From the sequence record NZ_CP023526.1: a stretch of DNA of 64,000 nt. The stretch is one strand, 5' to 3'. Made by a program: the position numbers and the translations under genes. This DNA is from a plasmid. Shown here piece by piece: positions 50,354-59,614 of this stretch. Position 1 is the first letter of the stretch; every line of letters begins with the position of its first letter. The notes below the pieces were generated by a model, which was not told the origin of the DNA, ran no database searches, and worked only from the letters and a program-made list of their open reading frames with translations.

Positions 50354-51222
50354 TTATTTTCCTCTCTCATCTTTCACAAGAAAGCGATTAAAATAAAATC
50401 TCGTCAAATAAGCCGGGAAAACATTAAAACAAGCAAAAAAAGACTTAATAACAATCTGAATGATAGCCATTTTCATAATCACATGCAGGCTTAATTTTCC
50501 ATAGAATGCAACCAAACAAAACACAAAACTATCAATCACCGCCGCTGTCATAGTGCTAAAAAAACCCTTAAAAACAGAAACCTGGAGTTGGTAATGTTTT
50601 TTATCTTGCATAAAACATAGGAGTTAGCATTCTCTGACAAAAAGAATGATAACGATGATGCAAATACAGTGGAAATTATTTGATTTATTAACAAGCTGTA
50701 TGAAGCATTCAGCTTCCAGTCAGGGATGGATGGAAGTTTCGTCGACACACTTAATAACAAAACAATAATCAAATTAGCTGACAGAGACAAGTAAATAGCT
50801 TTTCTTGCCAGGTGCATCCCATAAAACTCACTCAGAAGATCTATAACAAGAAATGAGAACGGATAGATGAATGTGCCAGGGGTAACAACTAAATTAAATA
50901 GTTGCACAAAAACTGGTTTCGTGGCTGCTATATTACTGAAGACGTAAAAAACACTTAATAATAAAATCAAAACAGCATAAATAAACCAAGACTTTTCATT
51001 TCGATCTTCGTACTCATATACAGTTCGTGCATCTGTGCATGATGAGTAAATTTTTCGATAGATTGATTTTATTTCATATATATTTAAATTATCAATAATT
51101 TCACATTTTTCAAGTTCTTTTATATTAATCTTTATGATCTTACTGGTTGATAAGATCAAGATATTTGCAGAGTTATCGGCTTTATTAAATCCGAGAAGCT
51201 TATATTTACTCCCCATAGTCAA
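50354..51222 (-). pseudogene. YhhQ/DUF165-family transporter, apparently frameshifted (two overlapping ORFs, 50548-51222 and 50354-50611)
   Basis: TPGTFIYPFSFLVIDLLSEFYG parallels E. coli YhhQ TWGAFSFPFIFLATDLTVRIFG. The C-terminal part continues in another frame. Confidence 0.55.
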
Positions 51223-51814
51223 ATCGCTCCTCTATTATATCACCAACAAAAACACTCCCATTACCTTCTAAAAAAGAAGCAGATCCGATGTAAAATTCAT
51301 TTTTTATACCATGATAATTAAGCTCATTCTCACTTTCATCTTTTCTTCCTCTCTTAACGAGCAACAAATCTCCCGCATTATATTTCCCTTCAATATCCTT
51401 TTCTAAAACAATCCCTATAACATTAGATTCACAGCCAAAATAAAAAGTTAGTTTTCTCTCAGAAACGAGCATGCCTATTTTTTTATTCAAGAAATCCAGT
51501 GAACTACATTCTGATTGGAAAAACACAGGTACCGCACAAGGGTTCATATTTCCATCTAGAGAAATCACTGTGTCAATACGTTCTTTTTCTTCAATATCCA
51601 AACTTTCTATTTCTTTGTAGGACACACCAAAAAAATCTGATACTTTCTGTATAGTTGACTGATGAACATTTGATACCCTACCGTCAAGTATATTATAAAT
51701 TGTTGTTCTGTTGAGACCGGTGCGATCGCATAAAGAAACCCGGGTTTCCCCTCTTGAACTTAATAGATAGTGTAAATTTTTCTTAACAAATTCTATTTTT
51801 TGTTTTTTATGCAC
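51206..51814 (-). CDS. CI/LexA-like repressor (XRE HTH + S24-like C-terminal domain), second copy of this architecture
   Basis: N-terminal HTH (RVSLCDRTGLNRTTIYNILDGR) and a C-terminal beta-rich domain (GDLLLVKRGRK). It overlaps the downstream yhhQ start. Confidence 0.55.
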   Translation of the reverse strand: MHKKQKIEFVKKNLHYLLSSRGETRVSLCDRTGLNRTTIYNILDGRVSNVHQSTIQKVSDFFGVSYKEIESLDIEEKERIDTVISLDGNMNPCAVPVFFQSECSSLDFLNKKIGMLVSERKLTFYFGCESNVIGIVLEKDIEGKYNAGDLLLVKRGRKDESENELNYHGIKNEFYIGSASFLEGNGSVFVGDIIEERFDYGE

Positions 51815-52459
51815 ACGACCCTCCCTGTAGAAATATCTTAACCTTAAAAAGGAGATTGAACCCCTGAATGATATGGTGCACAGGAATAAAACATAACAGC
51901 ATGTTATACAAACTCTATCCGTAAAACAAAGTCGAAGAAGTCCTTGCGTATTTCATTCCCACACAGCCGCAAGGAGGACTTAGTATTTACATACTCATCT
52001 GATATATAAACAGTAAACATCATGTGTGATATTCATCTCAATTGCTAAGTCAGCATGGAGGTCTCCTCAGTCCAGGCCTGCCAGGTATCATTTGTCCCTG
52101 CGGCTCACTGCGGCTGTGTTTGCCCCGGTGCAGGGATTTCTGCCATATCATAAAACACAGTACATGTACGGCGGTTTCATCAAGCTACGCAAATGTGTGT
52201 TCAATAAGGGATGAAGAGATACATCCGGCATAACGGCGATCTCACTGACACGCCGACAAGGCGAGCCTCAACCCGGCAGTATTTCCCGCCCACTGCACCT
52301 TCACGAGATACGCAGCTGTGGGAATTTTATCTTTGATGACAGACCCAGCCGGTCAGACCCTCGTCTGAAAATTCTGTTTCTTATCAAGAAGGGGGCCCGT
52401 ATACAGATCTTGCCTCTAACTGGGGGACGTCTCAGGGAAGCGCCTTGGTATCCAGAGAA

Positions 52460-53194
52460 TTACTTTAGCTGAAGGGCAAACAGCGCAGAATATCCACCGT
52501 CCATCACGATGTCACTCCCTGTCATGAAGTCATTCTGGAGTAGAAAATGTATTGCCGACCAGACATCCTCTACCGTTCCACACCGTCCCGTCAGATAGGC
52601 CTGGCTGTAGTCTGGCAGATGGCCAGCATATTTATTGCGGATCATTGGTGTATCAATTGTTGCGGGGGAAATGGAGTTAATCAGGATCCCTGGTGCAAAC
52701 TCGACGGCACAAACCTTTGTCAGATTGACAATCGCCGCTTTAGCACTGCTGTAGGCCGCCATCCCTTTAGCTCCTACAGAGGCCGTTGAGCTTGCAACAT
52801 TGACTATCTTGGACACAACACCATTACCCTGCATTTTTCTGGCTTCCAGTTTACAGGCATGAAAAGCAGGCATAAAAATTTGACGATAAGACTGAACCAT
52901 TTCAGTGGAAGCAAGATCTGAAAGGGGTTTTCTGACCCCAGTCACCCCCGCGCAGTTAACGGCGTAGTCCAGTGATTCTATACGGGCAAACGCTTGCTCG
53001 GCCTCTTCCCAGTTTGACAAGTCACATATTATTTGCGTTATCGACTTATCCAGCACATCGGAAAAAATTGTATCCATACCGATAACATTGAATCCCGCAT
53101 GATAAAACTGTACAGCGGCATAGCGACCAATGCCACTGGCATGTCCGGTCACGAGAACAGTACGTTTTATTTTTTCAGCCTCCGCCACTTGCAT
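52460..53194 (-). CDS. Short-chain dehydrogenase/reductase (SDR)
   Basis: VTGHASGIG Rossmann motif and YSSAKAA catalytic motif. Confidence 0.7.
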   Translation of the reverse strand: MQVAEAEKIKRTVLVTGHASGIGRYAAVQFYHAGFNVIGMDTIFSDVLDKSITQIICDLSNWEEAEQAFARIESLDYAVNCAGVTGVRKPLSDLASTEMVQSYRQIFMPAFHACKLEARKMQGNGVVSKIVNVASSTASVGAKGMAAYSSAKAAIVNLTKVCAVEFAPGILINSISPATIDTPMIRNKYAGHLPDYSQAYLTGRCGTVEDVWSAIHFLLQNDFMTGSDIVMDGGYSALFALQLK

Positions 53195-53232
53195 GTCACT
53201 GCCAACCTTTGTCCTTTGCTTCATGCCCCATG

Positions 53233-53607
53233 CTATGGTTTAAACTCAAGGGCGACATGAACGAATACCTTTCTCACCGCCTCTGACGGTGCGGGTAACA
53301 CAGCCCCGCTCACATCGCCCATGGCAGCTCGACACAGTTCAAGGTTGCCATGTTCATACTTCACGGTTTTCTCCTCCATATTCAACCGTAGCGTGCAGGT
53401 CTTGCCCCGCCACTGGTCAATATCAAAGAAATTTTGTTCAATTGCCCGACTGAGTAAACCGGCATATTCATTCGGGTTATCACCGGTATATTTATCCCCA
53501 AAATGAATGGGCGCATCCGGAGGGGGGGTTGTTACTGTTCTATGCTGACAACCTGCAACCGACAAGCATCCTGATAATATCAAAGTCCTCAGTCCGAACC
53601 GTGTCAT
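53233..53607 (-). CDS. Lipoprotein carrying a TolA C-terminal (domain III)-like domain
   Basis: Lipobox LSGCLSVAGC. The C-terminal 80 aa (EYAGLLSRAIEQNFFDIDQWRGKTCTLRLNMEEKTVKYEHGNLELCRAAMGDVSGAVLPAPSEAVRKVFVHVALEFKP) align with E. coli TolA domain III (YAGQIKSAIESKFYDASSYAGKTCTLRIKLAPDGMLLDIKPEGGDPALCQAALAAAKLAKIPKPPSQAVYEVFKNAPLDFKP), including both Cys residues. Confidence 0.6.
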   Translation of the reverse strand: MTRFGLRTLILSGCLSVAGCQHRTVTTPPPDAPIHFGDKYTGDNPNEYAGLLSRAIEQNFFDIDQWRGKTCTLRLNMEEKTVKYEHGNLELCRAAMGDVSGAVLPAPSEAVRKVFVHVALEFKP

Positions 53608-54174
53608 CGCTCAGCCTTTGTCACCACATTAAAGAGAATGCAGTTTTGCCTGTGATTCCCTTCTTAGTCAAATGCCGGTTCTTAAACCAGCTGATTTTTT
53701 CAGAGAATTCGGGCTTTATCGCCCAGACAGGTAATGAACGTTATTTTATTAAAGAATTCAGACACAACTCCCGGCGGATAACAGCACTTCAGTTGCCGAA
53801 TACAGAAAATAATTGACCGTTCAATACCGTATAAAAGCATCGAAAGCATTATTGATTACGGTTGAAGTACTACAGCTAAATCCACGATACAGTGTCCTGC
53901 CTGAGCACGCGGGGCAGTGATATACGTGATAAAATCTGAGGATTAGTATTAATTCTGTATGGCCCGGAACAGACCACGTCCTGCAGCACTCATTATGGTA
54001 AGCATCACCCGTCACCGCTTCACCGGCAACAGCAGGGTGAAGTCTGGATATTCACTATTCCTGTCGCTCGCCGGAACAGAGATAAGGCGCAATTTCAGGC
54101 AAGAGGGAGCTTAAGAGAGAAAGCTTCGCAATATGAGACACCGACCTAAGGCGCTCAAATTTTTTTCTTAAGTA

Positions 54175-54639
54175 TCAGTTCTTTAATTTATCCCACTTTA
54201 CAGCGACGACAATACTCCAGTTTCCCTCGGAGTTAGGCCTGCGCCATTTCGCCTTTTCCATAATACGCAGATATTCGAGTGCCTCGGAGAAAGAAAAAAA
54301 ACGCTTTTGCGCCGTTTTATCGCCCACGCCAAACGAGCCATCGCGAGAACTCGCCAGTCCGGGATGAAAGCAAGTGCCATCTGCTGCATAGGGAACCAGC
54401 AATTCAGGATCGTTCTCTTCCGTTGAATCCGTTATCAGTAGTTGCCACGGTTCGACGCGAAGCGCTTTTGCAAGCCGGTCTATCGCATCCAGAGAAACAT
54501 TCGCACCACCACGCTCAACTCTGCTCATGTAGCTACGCGCAAACCCACAGCTATCAGCAAATGCTTCCTGGCTCATTCCGGTACTGATGCGCAACGCTTT
54601 GACACGCTTGCCAAACAATGTGCTTAAGGACTTTTTCAT
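54175..54639 (-). CDS. XRE-family HTH protein with an unknown C-terminal domain
   Basis: HTH LRISTGMSQEAFADSCGFARSYMSRVERGGANVSLDAIDRLAKAL. Start MKKSLSTL. Confidence 0.5.
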   Translation of the reverse strand: MKKSLSTLFGKRVKALRISTGMSQEAFADSCGFARSYMSRVERGGANVSLDAIDRLAKALRVEPWQLLITDSTEENDPELLVPYAADGTCFHPGLASSRDGSFGVGDKTAQKRFFSFSEALEYLRIMEKAKWRRPNSEGNWSIVVAVKWDKLKN

Positions 54640-54894
54640 GCCCTGAATGTGCAATTTTGAGCACCACAAGAGCCACGCTCTAATAGTGACATTTCGAATC
54701 AAAATTATTTGTTTTGTGATCGCGCGTAGATTAAATCTGATCTTTGTCCTGCTAACATCGGAAGAATCAAATTAAACCCTAAAAAAGACATTTTAAATCA
54801 AGCTGACCTCCATCCATCACCGGGTAAAACCGATACGTGAAACATCAAAGGAAAGTGATCAGCGCACGATTATTAGCCGCGTCGTCGGCACCTT

Positions 54895-55796
54895 ACGTTC
54901 TGCCCTGGGGCGGCACACCCGTCCCGCCTAATCCTCACCCTCACATCAGGAGATACCCTGTGAACACCCCCCTTTCTGTACCCCGTCACCCGCTTCAGGG
55001 CAAAGTCATCGCCATCACCGGGGCCGCCTCCGGGATCGGCCTCGCCTGTGCCTCCGCCTTTCTTGCCGCCGGGGCCCGTGTTGTCATGATTGACCGCGAC
55101 GTCGGAGCCCTCCTCCACCACGCAGATACCCTCGGAGAGCACGCCCTGCCCCTGCCGGCCGACATCACCGACCCTGACCAGGCCGACGGTCTCGCTGACC
55201 ACATCCTCTCCCTCGCCGGACGCCTCGATATCTTCCATGCCAACGCCGGCATGTACACCGGTGGCCCCTTCGTCGACACCGACCCCGACACCATCGCGAA
55301 GCTCCTCGACCTCAACGTCACCGCCACTTTTCGCTGTATCCGCGCTGTCCTCCCCGCCTTTATCGCCCGACGCGGCGGGGATATCCTCCTCACCAGCTCC
55401 GTCGCCGGGGTCGTCCCTGTGGCACACGAGCCCGTCTATACCGCCTCCAAGTTTGCCCTCCAGGGCTTCGTCCACAGCCTCCGCCGGCAGCTCTCTCCCC
55501 ACGGGGTCCGCGTCGGGGCCATCCTTCCCGGCCCGGTCAGCACCGCCCTGCTCACCGCCTGGCCCGAGGCAAAACGCCGTGAGGCCCTGGAGACCTGCGC
55601 CCTCCTGCAGCCCGCTGATGTCGCCGAAGCCGCGCTCTTTATGGTCACCCGGCCCCACGACGTCGTCATCCGGGATCTTGTGATCCTCCCGGCCGGGGTA
55701 GATCTCTGACGCCTTCCTGCCCGGATACTCAGACAGCTGCTCTCACGGAGACCTCAACGACGCCGGGAACCCGGCCCCGGCGCCTGAGGACAAGTC
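54895..55796. repeat. Direct repeat C, copy 1 (about 900 bp, about 66 % GC)
   Basis: Near-identical to 62155-63058. Confidence 0.9.
54960..55709 (+). CDS. GC-rich short-chain dehydrogenase/reductase (SDR), copy 1
   Basis: GTG start after an AGGAGA RBS. TGAASGIG Rossmann motif and YTASKFA catalytic motif. Lies within repeat C. Confidence 0.7.
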   Translation: MNTPLSVPRHPLQGKVIAITGAASGIGLACASAFLAAGARVVMIDRDVGALLHHADTLGEHALPLPADITDPDQADGLADHILSLAGRLDIFHANAGMYTGGPFVDTDPDTIAKLLDLNVTATFRCIRAVLPAFIARRGGDILLTSSVAGVVPVAHEPVYTASKFALQGFVHSLRRQLSPHGVRVGAILPGPVSTALLTAWPEAKRREALETCALLQPADVAEAALFMVTRPHDVVIRDLVILPAGVDL

Positions 55797-55827
55797 CAGT
55801 TACTCTGGCTATTTGCAATCTGAGGCT

Positions 55828-56582
55828 GCGGAGAACTCACATAGCAGTGTGCTTCCGGTAAGCTCGTATGTTCCATACTCATTTCAGGCGGTCACATCGG
55901 TGTCAGCGCCCACTGACGCACGGAGGCTTAGTGATGCAAAAATCACGGCACTCTTCATGTCGCCACTGAGTGGCAAGCCCATACCCTGCCGCGCTTCACT
56001 GAATGCTGAGGAGGCAAAATAATTCCCCGCACCCTACAGCGTCCGTCCCCGGCCGGGCACAGCCATCCCGGAAAGCCATCGATCATCATCAACCTGCACA
56101 TTCACCGGCAGTCCGGCGTCATAGCAGGCCTGGTACCACTCCCCTACCTGACAGGCATTCCCGCTCAGCCATGCCTGTCCGCTGTTTTCACTGAACAGCG
56201 CCAGACTGACAGTGCCGTCTGTCCGGATAACAAACGCGGCCCGGCTGGCGGCATAAGGCCGGCCCCTGATGTCCACTTCAATGTCTCGCATCCCTTTCCG
56301 CTCGGGACGAAAGGGCAATATCCGGCTGCCTGCCTTTCGCTGCAGGTCGCGCTCTGCCGCCGTCAGCGACGTCGCCAGGGCACGCCCGTCCCCGGTTAGC
56401 GCAATGAATACCCGTCGGCTGGAATTTCTCTGCGTGCGGATTAATCCGGCGGACTCCAACAGTTCACAGGAATAATAAATGCTACTATTTCTGAGTGACT
56501 TCTGAATATATCTTATCGGGGAAAGTCCCGAAAAATGACGTTCGACTGACAGAATAAAAATAAGAACTTTCTTTTGGAGATT
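55828..56582. repeat. Direct repeat B, copy 2
   Basis: As above. It lies 31 bp after the end of repeat C copy 1. Confidence 0.9.
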
Positions 56583-56606
56583 CGTTAACTGTTGCTTTTT
56601 TATCAT
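56034..56606 (-). CDS. Winged-helix DNA-binding protein with an unknown C-terminal domain, copy 2
   Basis: Identical to copy 1 except for the first 10 or so residues. Confidence 0.5.
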   Translation of the reverse strand: MIKKQQLTNLQKKVLIFILSVERHFSGLSPIRYIQKSLRNSSIYYSCELLESAGLIRTQRNSSRRVFIALTGDGRALATSLTAAERDLQRKAGSRILPFRPERKGMRDIEVDIRGRPYAASRAAFVIRTDGTVSLALFSENSGQAWLSGNACQVGEWYQACYDAGLPVNVQVDDDRWLSGMAVPGRGRTL

Positions 56607-56754
56607 GCCTTTTTACTTTATCCTGACTGTGGTTTTCTGTTTATCGTTATCTGCCATATCCATGATGATACAAACTATCATTCTCGGCCAAAGCAGAAAC
56701 TATACCTGTTGACCATTATATGTAATATGCAGGAATGATAATAAAGATCCACAT

Positions 56755-56804
56755 TATGTAGGGTTCATTTTGTGTAGAGTACGTTTTATGTAGGGTGTTT
56801 TTTA
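56755..56804. promoter_or_regulatory. Three tandem ~17-bp iteron-like direct repeats (T[AG]TGTAG[GA]GT core) upstream of the tandem LuxR-type genes
   Basis: ttatgtagggttcattt / tgtgtagagtacgtttt / atgtagggtgtttttt, immediately 5' of the ORF at 56820. Confidence 0.45.
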
Positions 56805-56819
56805 TCCGGGAGTTTTATC

Positions 56820-57503
56820 ATGGCAATAGCTTCGTTACCCGAAAACTTAATCCAGATGTTTGAAAATGATCCCATTGTTGGATGGGCAGTAAAAGATAAA
56901 GAGTCTCATTTCGTTTACGTAAATAAGGCTTTTAAAATATGGCAAACAATTTCAACGCATTATGACTATGAAGGACTTAAAATTAATGACATTCCGGTTC
57001 CTGTGGCTGAGTTCTCAGATCTGTTTGAACAGCAGGAAAGATACATTGAAGACTCAGGAAAACCCGTACGGGCAATTACAACCCATATTCAGGGCAAAGA
57101 GAAAATCATGCAACCCGCATACAACATTCAGGAACCATTATTTGATGAAAAAAACATTTGTAATGGCACGCTTATAAGCGTAAGGCATGTCAACATCATC
57201 ACGCCGACATCACTCCTCGCAGGGAAAATAAAGCAACATGCAATTTTCCAGGCACCCTCAGTGATATTTACAGAAAAAGAATGGGAAATGGTCTATCTAC
57301 TACAGTGTGATTTCAGCCTTAAAGAAATTAGTAGCATCCTTGGTATTTCTGTTAACGCCATTAACGGAAGATTGAGAAGTTGCTTTAAAAAAATTGGGGC
57401 AAACTCATCATCATCTTTGATTGAGTTTTGCAAATGCAACGGGATGGATAATTACATCCCACAATTCTTTTTAAAAAAGGGGCATATTATCGTTACTGAC
57501 TGA
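56820..57503 (+). CDS. LuxR/GerE-type HTH regulator with an unknown N-terminal domain (paralog 1)
   Basis: C-terminal TEKEWEMVYLLQCDFSLKEISSILGISVNAINGRLRSCFKKIG HTH. Confidence 0.55.
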   Translation: MAIASLPENLIQMFENDPIVGWAVKDKESHFVYVNKAFKIWQTISTHYDYEGLKINDIPVPVAEFSDLFEQQERYIEDSGKPVRAITTHIQGKEKIMQPAYNIQEPLFDEKNICNGTLISVRHVNIITPTSLLAGKIKQHAIFQAPSVIFTEKEWEMVYLLQCDFSLKEISSILGISVNAINGRLRSCFKKIGANSSSSLIEFCKCNGMDNYIPQFFLKKGHIIVTD

Positions 57504-57512
57504 GGGTTATCC

Positions 57513-58157
57513 ATGGATTTTTATTTTAAAAGATCGTTGTTTGGATGGGCCATAAAAGACAACGCATCGCGATATATTTATGTTAACGATTTAGCCTGTC
57601 AATATTTCAATATATCAGCAACCAGAATCATGGGCCGCATAGACACTGAACTAATCCCTGATATTGGAGAGCATTACAAATACATATTACGCGATGACAA
57701 TGAGATAATCAAAAACAAAAAAATGAGCATTGTGCTGAAAGTATTCAATTATGGAAATGAAGGCAAGTTGCGTGCCTATCTGGTAGAAAAAAGACCCTGG
57801 CCGTTACAGAATGGTTCAACAGGCATCATTTGTACCTACATTGAACTCACTAATGTCTATCTGTCCTCATTCTTCGATAATATCTATCGTAAACCCCTTA
57901 TCTTCACCAGACCATCCCCTCTTTTTACCGATCGCGAATGGGAGATAATACTCTTACTGTTATGCGGAGTTAAACGCAAAGGCATATCCGAAATTCTTGG
58001 TATTAGCTACATAACACTAAGAAACCGCATAATACTCTGCTGCGAAAAGTCCGGAGTGCTGAATTATACCCAGCTGCTCAAATATATCCGTACTCAGGGT
58101 TGGGATAACTATATTCCACCGTTTTTTTTAAAGCAGGGGCATATGATCCTTGTTTAA
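57513..58157 (+). CDS. LuxR/GerE-type HTH regulator (paralog 2, tandem to 56820-57503)
   Basis: Same architecture. The shared C-terminal motif DNYIPxFFLKxGH shows the two genes are paralogs. Confidence 0.55.
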   Translation: MDFYFKRSLFGWAIKDNASRYIYVNDLACQYFNISATRIMGRIDTELIPDIGEHYKYILRDDNEIIKNKKMSIVLKVFNYGNEGKLRAYLVEKRPWPLQNGSTGIICTYIELTNVYLSSFFDNIYRKPLIFTRPSPLFTDREWEIILLLLCGVKRKGISEILGISYITLRNRIILCCEKSGVLNYTQLLKYIRTQGWDNYIPPFFLKQGHMILV

Positions 58158-58639
58158 CCTAACTTTGCCTCTGTCGACCAAATGCCATGTGATCACCTGT
58201 CATACAGTGAACGCCTTTAATGCAAAAAATTTTGAATCTGGTATCCGCTATTTTTAGCGGTTCAGTTCAGGGCTGAGAATGACGCAAGTGCGCCGACCAG
58301 TTACGGGAGTATGGGTCGGGTCATACCGTTGGCCACAATCAGTGCCGTACTCAGTACAGGGGCAACGGCAGCCGTCAGGAGCAACGATCCGCAAGTAAAC
58401 AGGTCTGATGCTGTGGGCAGCCTGGCGCTCATGGCTTCCCTGCACATTTAGCGCCGGAGCCTACCCCACCCTCGCTGGTCCGAAGACCCCATACGTCATT
58501 CAAGACCACCGTCGGAAACTTCGCATGCAAAGTTCGTGCACGCCCGATATTCTGAAAAGTCGCGGCAATCTGCCGGCGGGACACAGAACCACATTCAGAA
58601 AAGACTCGCTGCATATTGTGAATAATTTTTCGTTTTTTC

Positions 58640-59165
58640 CCGGTTAAACATGCAGGATTGTCGGGCCATACTCTGATATTTGAAGTGGTCGGAATGGAAT
58701 ACTGTCTTTCAGGTTTTAACGGCGAACGTCTGGATCCGGTCAAGAGGCATTATCATCCTGGGAACGGTTACCGGGGTTACAGTCCTGTACTGGGACGTTT
58801 TACCCGGCCAGATTTATATAACCCCTTTGGCAAGGGTGGTATTAACCCCTACGTTTACTGCACCGGGGATCCGATCAACCGGGATGACCCGTCAGACCAT
58901 TTCAGCCAGGGTAAGTGACTGGGTTTAGGTATCGGGTTTATTGCAGCGAAAGCCTTCAGTCTCGCGACAGAGAGGAGCACCATGCTGGGTGATTCGGCCA
59001 TTGGGGCAGGCTCTGAGCTCACAGAGGATCGTGTCGACCAACAGCGTGTGAACTGGATCCAGATGAATCTTTCTGCAAGGCTAAACGCCACCACCACACT
59101 GGCCGGATTTGGTCTGGGGAGGTTTGGACCAGTAATCTCTTTGTTCGTTCCGCGTCAGGTCTGAG
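58640..59165 (+). pseudogene. Orphan Rhs/YD-repeat C-terminal core fragment with an in-frame stop, followed by a short Gly-rich hydrophobic CT tip
   Basis: LDPVKRHYHPGNGYRGYSPVLGRFTRPD...GGINPYVYCTGDPINRDDP matches the Rhs core end (xDPxGL context degenerated to DPSDH). A TGA stop follows, then in-frame LGLGIGFIAAKAFSLA.... Confidence 0.55.
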
Positions 59166-59614
59166 TCTGTTTACACTCTCCTTTAACACTGTCCGGATTT
59201 TTGACTGGAGTCAGAAAAATGGAAATCTTAAAAGTGCATGGAACTGAAAGGGGTGCGTTCACACATCCTAAGTCAAAAAAGTTGGTGAACTGAACGGAAT
59301 AGGTGTTGGCCTGCATCATGTACTTAAACGCACGTTGTGTAGCTTCATAGTTCACCTGTTCTGCGCGCTAAACGGGCGCCCAGTACAAGATAACTGGTCT
59401 GGTAGACTCAATATGCAAGCACGTCGTCTGTTAATAAGTGTCGGTTTTGTGCCATAGATATTCCCACCTCCACTTCTGCATTTTCAGAATTGGCCATCAC
59501 TTTTCTCGCGACGCCCCCCATTAGTCCCTCAGACGTTATTCTGCCATCAAGACCATCTCCTCAAGCAAGATCAATCGTTAGGCCGGCATCATCAAAAAAT
59601 CGTATGCAGATGTA

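Noticed and set aside
54873-55658. Long antisense ORFs (261 aa, 132 aa) and a +2-frame Pro/Ser-rich ORF (55090-55683) overlapping the GC-rich SDR gene. The same set appears again over copy 2 (62074-62919, 62256-62654, 62351-62944).
   Set aside because: These are typical shadow ORFs of a 66 %-GC gene. The sense frame has clear SDR Rossmann and YxxxK motifs. The overlapping frames are low-complexity with no motifs.
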